Source of the DNA: Bacteroidetes bacterium HGW-Bacteroidetes-17
GTDB lineage: Bacteria; Bacteroidota; Bacteroidia; Bacteroidales; GCA-2711565
Assembly (NCBI GenBank): GCA_002840985.1
Contig: PHDM01000002.1
Location: 3,662 to 67,661 of the forward strand
Reading direction: 5' to 3'
Length of the DNA: 64,000 nucleotides
The notes beneath the pieces were generated by a model, which saw nothing but the letters and a program-made list of their open reading frames with translations, was not told where the DNA came from and ran no database searches. Made by a program: the position numbers and the translations under genes. Shown piece after piece: positions 57,833 to 64,000 of this stretch; within the stretch, counting starts at the first letter, position 1; every line of letters begins with the position of its first letter.

Positions 57833-58834
57833 ATGGCACTAAAAACATTTTTTTGCATTGATGCGCATACTTGCGGTAATCCCGTGAGACTCGTTGCAGG
57901 TGGCGGCCCTATTCTTGAGGGAAAAACCATATCTGAAAAACGCTTACATTTTCTGAAAGAGTTTGACTGGATCAGAAAAGGGCTCATGTTTGAACCTCGG
58001 GGATCGGATATTATGTCGGGCAGTATTTTATATCCACCGGCCGATCCACAAAACGACATCGCCATATTGTTCATCGAAACCAGTGGCTGTTTACCTATGT
58101 GCGGACATGGTACCATTGGCACTGTTACCAGTGGGATAGAACAAGGACTTATTCGCCCAAAAATTGATGGGAAGTTAAGACTGGAAACTCCGGCTGGTTT
58201 AGTATTGGTCGATTACAAGCAAAAAGGGAATAAAGTCACTTCCGTAAAATTCGTAAATGTCCCGGCCTATTTAGCGGCAACTGACATTGAAGTTGTGTGC
58301 CCTGAACTGGGAAAACTAAAAATTGATGTTTCGTATGGCGGTAATTATTATGCAATTGTAGATGTGCAGGAAAATTTCCCGGGACTGGAGAAATTCGAAA
58401 CTTCACAACTCATAAATTGGGGACGTGCAATTAGAAAAACCATTCGTGAAAAATATGATTTTGTACATCCATTGGATTCTAATATTCATGGATTGAGTCA
58501 TGTGTTATGGACCGGTGCAACCATCGATCCAACATCAACTGCCAGAAATGCAGTTTTGTATGGTGATAAAGCCATCGATCGATCTCCTTGTGGAACCGGG
58601 ACTTCGGCACGTATGGCACAGTGGTTTGCCAAAGGAAAATTAAAAATCGGCGATCCTTTTATTCATGAAAGTATCATCGGGACAAAGTTTATTGGTAGGG
58701 TTGAGGGCGTGACTAAAATTGGTGAATTCGATGGGATAATTCCTAGTATTGAAGGCTGGGCACAATTGCTTGGATTTAATAATATTATTATTGATGAGGA
58801 AGATCAATTCCCTGAAGGTTTTCAGTTAATTTAA
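57833..58834 (+). CDS. 4-hydroxyproline 2-epimerase (proline racemase family, Cys/Cys pair)
   Basis: CIDAHTCGNPVR; first catalytic Cys in LPMCGHGTIG; second in DRSPCGTGTSA. Track start is TTG 57830; an ATG lies at 57833. Confidence 0.85.
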   Translation: MALKTFFCIDAHTCGNPVRLVAGGGPILEGKTISEKRLHFLKEFDWIRKGLMFEPRGSDIMSGSILYPPADPQNDIAILFIETSGCLPMCGHGTIGTVTSGIEQGLIRPKIDGKLRLETPAGLVLVDYKQKGNKVTSVKFVNVPAYLAATDIEVVCPELGKLKIDVSYGGNYYAIVDVQENFPGLEKFETSQLINWGRAIRKTIREKYDFVHPLDSNIHGLSHVLWTGATIDPTSTARNAVLYGDKAIDRSPCGTGTSARMAQWFAKGKLKIGDPFIHESIIGTKFIGRVEGVTKIGEFDGIIPSIEGWAQLLGFNNIIIDEEDQFPEGFQLI

Positions 58835-58841
58835 AGATAAA

Positions 58842-60086
58842 ATGCAAAAAGTCGTAATCATCGGTGGGGGAATTGTTGGTTTAATGTCGGCTTATTATTT
58901 AAGTAAACATAAGCTCGACATAACCATCATTGATCAATCAAATCTGGAGTCGACTTGTTCTACCGGTAATGCGGGAATGATTGTTCCAAGTCATTTTACG
59001 CCGCTTGCTGCACCTGGTATTGTTTATAAAGGGTTTAAATGGATGTTCAATCCTGAAAGTCCTTTTCGCTTTTATCCTTCTTTAAATAAAGATTTGTTAA
59101 GTTGGGGATGGAAATTTTATCAAAAGGCAAATAAAAAACATATCGAAAATTCGGAGCATCCTTTACTTAACCTGAATTTATTCAGCAAAGAATTATACCA
59201 ACAATTGGCACAAGAAGATGATTTTTCGTTTGAGTTGAAGAATGATGGGATTCTGATGCTGTGCAAGCTGGAACGAACGCTAAAGGAAGAAATTGAACTT
59301 GCCAAAAGAGCATCAAAACTTGGTCTGGATATTCAGATTTTAAATTCCCTGGAAATAAATAAACTTGAAAATCGAGAGGTAACGATTGCGGGAGGAGTTT
59401 TGTATAAATCGGATGCGCATTTAACCCCCAATATTTTAATCAGGCAATTGATTCAATTTTTAAAAAACCAGAAAGTAAAATTTGAGTTGAATCAGGAAGT
59501 GAGTGGATTTGTAATCAATAACAGAAAAATTAAGCAAATAGTTATTGGGGATAAACAGATTGAAGCTGATACAATGGTTTTAGCAGCAGGTGCATTTTCA
59601 GGTAATCTTGCCAAAAAATTAAAAATAAAACTCCCGATGCAGGGTGGTAAGGGTTACAGCATGACTTTTGAAAAAATAAAAGATAAACCTCATTATCCTG
59701 CACTGTTAATTGAAGCAAGGGTTGCAGTAACACCAATGGGCGAATATTTGAGGATAGGCGGAACCATGGAAATTGGTTCTGACTTATCTAAAATTAATAA
59801 AAGGAAAGTTCAGGGAATATTGAAATCACTGCCCGAATATTATCCAGGATTAAAATTGGATTATCCTGAGGAAGAAAAAATTTGGAGTGCACTGAGGCCC
59901 ACTTCTCCTGATGGGTTGCCTTATATTGGCAAATCGGATAGTTTTGAAAATCTAATTGTTGCGACAGGTCATGCGATGATGGGTTTATCATTGGGTCCGG
60001 CCACCGGAAAATTGGTTGAGGAAATCGTGACCCAACAAACCCTATCTCAGGAACCAAAAGCTTTTGATCCGAACAGGTATAATTAG
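58842..60086 (+). CDS. FAD-dependent oxidoreductase (DAO family), probable D-hydroxyproline dehydrogenase
   Basis: 414 aa. VVIIGGGIVGLMSAYYL dinucleotide fold; C-terminal GHAMMGLSLGPATG. Confidence 0.75.
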   Translation: MQKVVIIGGGIVGLMSAYYLSKHKLDITIIDQSNLESTCSTGNAGMIVPSHFTPLAAPGIVYKGFKWMFNPESPFRFYPSLNKDLLSWGWKFYQKANKKHIENSEHPLLNLNLFSKELYQQLAQEDDFSFELKNDGILMLCKLERTLKEEIELAKRASKLGLDIQILNSLEINKLENREVTIAGGVLYKSDAHLTPNILIRQLIQFLKNQKVKFELNQEVSGFVINNRKIKQIVIGDKQIEADTMVLAAGAFSGNLAKKLKIKLPMQGGKGYSMTFEKIKDKPHYPALLIEARVAVTPMGEYLRIGGTMEIGSDLSKINKRKVQGILKSLPEYYPGLKLDYPEEEKIWSALRPTSPDGLPYIGKSDSFENLIVATGHAMMGLSLGPATGKLVEEIVTQQTLSQEPKAFDPNRYN

Positions 60087-60125
60087 ATTGATCATTGAAA
60101 AAATAAATTGAGATCAACAAAAAAT

Positions 60126-60488
60126 CTAACTTTTTTCCTGAACATCCATTGTTTTAAATAGGTTGAAAATTAACGCTCTTTTTGAATTATCCTTATAATC
60201 GGGATGAAAAATTAATTGAGGAATTTGAATTAGAATGATGGCCCCAAAAAGTATGAGAGATATTCCTTCTTCTTCAAGAAAATAATTTAAAAATAGAAAG
60301 ATCATCAAAAGAATTAAAAGAACAATCAGCATAATCTTTGAAAACTTCTTCTTCTTATTATATATAAGGATTAGTCTTTCTAACAATAAACCTGGAATTG
60401 TTCCTTCTTCATTAATTAATTTTTTGTCCTTAAAAGGTATGTTGCCTAATTCCTCAATCAGAATGTTTTTTAATTCTTGATTATCCAT
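60126..60488 (-). CDS. Hypothetical membrane protein
   Basis: 120 aa with two hydrophobic helices and no recognised motif. Confidence 0.4.
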   Translation of the reverse strand: MDNQELKNILIEELGNIPFKDKKLINEEGTIPGLLLERLILIYNKKKKFSKIMLIVLLILLMIFLFLNYFLEEEGISLILFGAIILIQIPQLIFHPDYKDNSKRALIFNLFKTMDVQEKS

Positions 60489-60584
60489 CGTGTTTGCTCA
60501 AATATTTTTGATTGATATTTATCTTTAAACTTTAGTCACTCCTTCCTACGGCAGGCAGGCCAAACTTTAGCTCACTTTAAGTAC

Positions 60585-61064
60585 TTAGAATAAAGAACCC
60601 TGAACATATTTTTGCTCATGCTCCAGCAACCATTTTTTTCGCCAAATTCCACCACCGAAACCAGTAAGGCTGCCGTTTGCGCCAATTACCCGGTGACATG
60701 GGATGATGATAGAAATTTTATTTTTTCCGTTGGCATTTCCGACTGCCCGTAAAGCATTTCGATCACCCAAAGCGTTGGCAACATTCAGATAAGATTTTGT
60801 GGTCCCGAAAGGAATTTTTAAAAGCTGATCCCAAACCTTTTTCTGAAATTCCGATCCTTCCGGAAAAAGGTCCAGTTCAAAATTGATTCTCTTCCCCGAA
60901 AAATATTCATCCAATTGCTTTAAGGCTTTAGTCAGGATTTCAGGAATATCTGTTGAAGCATCTTCTTTTTCAACAAAATAAAGCCCAATAATCTGTTTAT
61001 GATTTGCAGATAATTCAATCAGTCCGATTGGAGAATGGTAATATGCCTTAAAAATATCGGTCAC
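60585..61064 (-). CDS. ogt: Methylated-DNA--protein-cysteine methyltransferase
   Basis: 159 aa. Active site IPCHRVIG; helix-turn-wing GTTKSYLNVA. Confidence 0.9.
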   Translation of the reverse strand: MTDIFKAYYHSPIGLIELSANHKQIIGLYFVEKEDASTDIPEILTKALKQLDEYFSGKRINFELDLFPEGSEFQKKVWDQLLKIPFGTTKSYLNVANALGDRNALRAVGNANGKNKISIIIPCHRVIGANGSLTGFGGGIWRKKWLLEHEQKYVQGSLF

Positions 61065-62743
61065 TAGTCGATCTTTAATTTCTTATAGCGGATTCGTTTC
61101 GGAGCTGTATCACCCAATCTTTTTTTCTTGTTCTCTTCATAATCGGAATAACCACCCTCGAAGAAATAAACCTGCGAATTGCCTTCAAAAGCAAGGATAT
61201 GCGTGGCAACCCGATCTAAAAACCATCGGTCGTGTGAGATGATTACCGCACAGCCCGCAAAATTTTCAAGACCTTCTTCAAGTGCTCGCAGGGTGTTTAC
61301 GTCAATATCATTTGAAGGCTCATCGAGCAATAACACATTGGCTTCCTGTTTCAGGGTTAGAGCCAAATGCAAACGGTTCCGTTCACCACCTGAAAGTACC
61401 CCTGCTTTTTTGCCCTGATCAGCCCCGCTAAAATTGAAACGGGCAACATAGGCCCTTGAGTTCATGGAATGATCGCCCAACTTGATGATTTCGTTTTCTT
61501 CAGAAATTACTTCCCATACCGTTTTTTGAGGATCAATGGATGCATGAGCCTGATCGACATAGCTTAACTTAACGGTTTCGCCAACTTTAAAACTTCCACT
61601 ATCGGGAGTTTCGAGGCCCATGATCAGGCGGAACAATGTTGTTTTTCCGGCACCGTTCGGACCAATAATTCCTACAATTCCGGCAGGGGGTAAGCTGAAA
61701 TCCAGATTTTCGAAAAGGATTTTATCGCCGTATGATTTTGAAATCTGGTTGGCTTCAATAACCATATTGCCAAGCCTAGGACCATTGGGAATGTACAATT
61801 CAAGTTTTTCTTCTTTTTGTCCGCTATCCTGACTCAATAATTTTTCGTAAGAGGCCAAACGGGCCTTTGATTTTGCATGCCTTGCCTTTGGAGCCATTCG
61901 CACCCATTCCAATTCGCGCTCAAGGGTTTTACGTCTTTTGCTTTCCGTTTTTTCCTCCATTGCCAGTTTTTTGCTTTTTTGATCAAGCCATGACGAATAA
62001 TTCCCTTTCCATGGTATACCTTCACCACGGTCAAGTTCTAAGATCCATCCTGCAACATTGTCTAAAAAGTATCGATCGTGGGTCACAGCGATAACCGTTC
62101 CGGCATAATTCTTTAAATGGTTTTCGAGCCATTCAACCGATTCGGCATCTAGATGGTTGGTAGGCTCATCGAGAAGTAAAATTTCGGGCTCGGATAATAA
62201 CAACCTACAAAGTGCAACTCTACGGCGCTCTCCTCCAGAAAGGTTTTTTACATTCAAATCTCCATCCGGACAGCGCAATGCATCCATGGCCCGCTCAAGT
62301 TTATTATCCAGTTCCCACGCGTCTTTCTGGTCGATGAGTTCTGTAATTCTACCCTGCTCGTCAATCAGTTTGTTCATTTCGTCATCACTCATGGGTTCGG
62401 CAAAACGAGCATTGATCTCTTCATATTTTTGCAATATATCAACAATTTCCTGAACGCCTTCCTGCACAATTTCTTTCACTGTTTTTGAATTATCCAACTG
62501 CGGTTCCTGTTCCAGATAACCAACTTTATAACCTGGAGAAAACACAACTTCACCCTGGATAGATTTATCAACTCCGGCAATAATTTTAAGCAAACTCGAT
62601 TTACCAGAGCCATTTAAACCGATAATTCCGATTTTTGCACCATAAAAAAATGAGAGGTAAATGTTTTTGAGAACTGTTTTTGCAGGAGGGTAAGTCTTAC
62701 TTACACCTACCATTGAAAATATTATTTTTTTATCGTCGCTCAT
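61064..62743 (-). CDS. ettA: ABC-F translational throttle ATPase EttA
   Basis: 559 aa. Two ABC cassettes (GLNGSGKSS / GPNGAGKTT, LSGGERRR / LSGGERNR). N-terminal FSMVGVSKTYPPAK and overall length match EttA. Confidence 0.88.
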   Translation of the reverse strand: MSDDKKIIFSMVGVSKTYPPAKTVLKNIYLSFFYGAKIGIIGLNGSGKSSLLKIIAGVDKSIQGEVVFSPGYKVGYLEQEPQLDNSKTVKEIVQEGVQEIVDILQKYEEINARFAEPMSDDEMNKLIDEQGRITELIDQKDAWELDNKLERAMDALRCPDGDLNVKNLSGGERRRVALCRLLLSEPEILLLDEPTNHLDAESVEWLENHLKNYAGTVIAVTHDRYFLDNVAGWILELDRGEGIPWKGNYSSWLDQKSKKLAMEEKTESKRRKTLERELEWVRMAPKARHAKSKARLASYEKLLSQDSGQKEEKLELYIPNGPRLGNMVIEANQISKSYGDKILFENLDFSLPPAGIVGIIGPNGAGKTTLFRLIMGLETPDSGSFKVGETVKLSYVDQAHASIDPQKTVWEVISEENEIIKLGDHSMNSRAYVARFNFSGADQGKKAGVLSGGERNRLHLALTLKQEANVLLLDEPSNDIDVNTLRALEEGLENFAGCAVIISHDRWFLDRVATHILAFEGNSQVYFFEGGYSDYEENKKKRLGDTAPKRIRYKKLKID

Positions 62744-62749
62744 GACTAC

Positions 62750-63949
62750 TCAATTGTTTAAATATTTTTGATAAAATGATAAAAGATCTTTGATGATCGT
62801 ATTTGCATTATGATTTGCAATGATGGTTTTGTGAGCTTCGTTACCCAGATTTTGAATGAAATTTACTTCTTCGATACATTTTCTAATTTGCTCAACAAAT
62901 TCATCTTTAGTATCTGCAATTAATATGTTTTTACCGTTTTCATAATCAATTCCTTCTGCACCAATGGTTGTTGAGATTACTGTTTTTCCCAATGCCATTC
63001 CTTCAATAATTTTAATCCGAATCCCGCTACCTGAATGCAAAGGTACGATCATGATCGATCTGGAAGAAATAAAATTTTTTGCATTTTCAACTTCTCCAAC
63101 CAACCTAACATGATTTGATTCAAAAGCCTTCAGCCAGGCTGGAATTTCTCTGCCTGCAATGTAAAACCTGAGTTCAGGAAGGACCTCATGGACAGCTGGC
63201 CAAACTTCAGAAAGGAACCATTTTAAACCTGCTGCGTTTGGCATCCAATTCATTGCCCCAATAAAAAACAAGTCAGGCCCTGCTTCCTTGATCCGGCTTA
63301 TGGGATATTCTTCGGGATTGATTCCAAAAGTTGCTGTTATTACAGGTTCTGTGGTCAAATTCAGGTAATATTCTGCATCAATCTTCGAAATGCAAACAAT
63401 TCCATCATACTTATCCAAATGATCAATTTCGTAGTTTTTCAGTTGAACGGATAAATGATCAAGATAGAGTTTGCGGAAGGGATTCTTAGTATTCTCGGTT
63501 AATCGTTTCCAGATAAGGTGTTCAATATTATGGGCACGAAGAAATACTTTTGCTTTCGAATATTTTGCAATGGTTTTTAAATAAGGTGTCAGAAAAACAG
63601 TTTCAACCTGGATAATATCGAATTCCTGATCTTGCAAAATCTGTACTAATTTTTGTTCGAAGTCTTTAGAAATAAAACGATGAACATGATAAGATTTGTG
63701 TGTAAAAAAACAGTAAATCGCAGGTAAAAATCGTGGGGAGAGGTCTAGAAATACATTTTCTAAACTGGTTTTTGTCAAATAGTCTTCGGGAATTGCTATA
63801 GGGTTGAAAAGATTTTTAGTACTGCTGACAGCTAAAACTTTAACCTGTTGCCCTGCTTTTAAAAAACCTTCTATCATCATGTTCATTGCCATCGACCCAC
63901 CTTCATTCGGTGGATAAGGTAATTTATTACATAAAAATAAAATCTTCAT
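62750..63949 (-). CDS. Glycosyltransferase (GT4/GT1-like, GT-B fold)
   Basis: 399 aa. MKILFLCNKLPYPPNEGG N-terminus; C-terminal E-x7-E-like region (GSGIRIKIIEGMALGKTVIST). Confidence 0.8.
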   Translation of the reverse strand: MKILFLCNKLPYPPNEGGSMAMNMMIEGFLKAGQQVKVLAVSSTKNLFNPIAIPEDYLTKTSLENVFLDLSPRFLPAIYCFFTHKSYHVHRFISKDFEQKLVQILQDQEFDIIQVETVFLTPYLKTIAKYSKAKVFLRAHNIEHLIWKRLTENTKNPFRKLYLDHLSVQLKNYEIDHLDKYDGIVCISKIDAEYYLNLTTEPVITATFGINPEEYPISRIKEAGPDLFFIGAMNWMPNAAGLKWFLSEVWPAVHEVLPELRFYIAGREIPAWLKAFESNHVRLVGEVENAKNFISSRSIMIVPLHSGSGIRIKIIEGMALGKTVISTTIGAEGIDYENGKNILIADTKDEFVEQIRKCIEEVNFIQNLGNEAHKTIIANHNANTIIKDLLSFYQKYLNN

Positions 63950-64000
63950 ATTTTAAGCTGATGTTTTATCTGCTTTACTGAAAAAATTTATTCCCATTCT

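Overview
Low-GC chromosomal window with Bacteroidota hallmarks: two SusC/SusD pairs, a eukaryotic-type citrate synthase, and frequent ATGA or 1-nt gene overlaps. I see no rRNA, tRNA, CRISPR array, transposase, integrase or phage genes. Content from left to right: (1) An anaerobic sulfur (possibly selenium) island at about 0.3-11.3 kb. It holds two Fnr-like Crp regulators, a Tat-exported PsrABC/PhsABC-type molybdoenzyme, a split YeeE/YedE transporter, two membrane-anchored rhodanese-like proteins, an SQR-like flavoprotein, DUF1641, TusE/DsrC-like and DsrE-like proteins, followed by tatC. (2) Housekeeping genes: pdxJ, def, dtd, icd, citrate synthase, iorAB, hisS, ettA, ogt. (3) A two-component system next to a PspC/LiaF-like envelope module. 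(4) Two SusC/SusD loci with no glycoside hydrolases. (5) Two tandem histidine-ammonia-lyase-family genes. (6) A complete AraC-linked hydroxyproline catabolic cluster. Most notable observations: (a) the PsrA-like catalytic subunit is interrupted by one in-frame TGA in an otherwise intact 749-codon frame; (b) both rhodanese-like proteins lack the active-site Cys but end in a Lys-rich tether plus an identical VEGGC-COOH, reminiscent of the SoxY GGCGG arm; (c) a roughly 200-bp, ~96% identical inverted repeat brackets exactly the dtd-def gene pair; (d) a second ~230-bp hairpin-containing intergenic repeat family has 4 copies, and its TTAAATAACCT terminus overlaps the stop codons of three unrelated genes. 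All functional calls come from motif and family recognition by eye; no database search was run.
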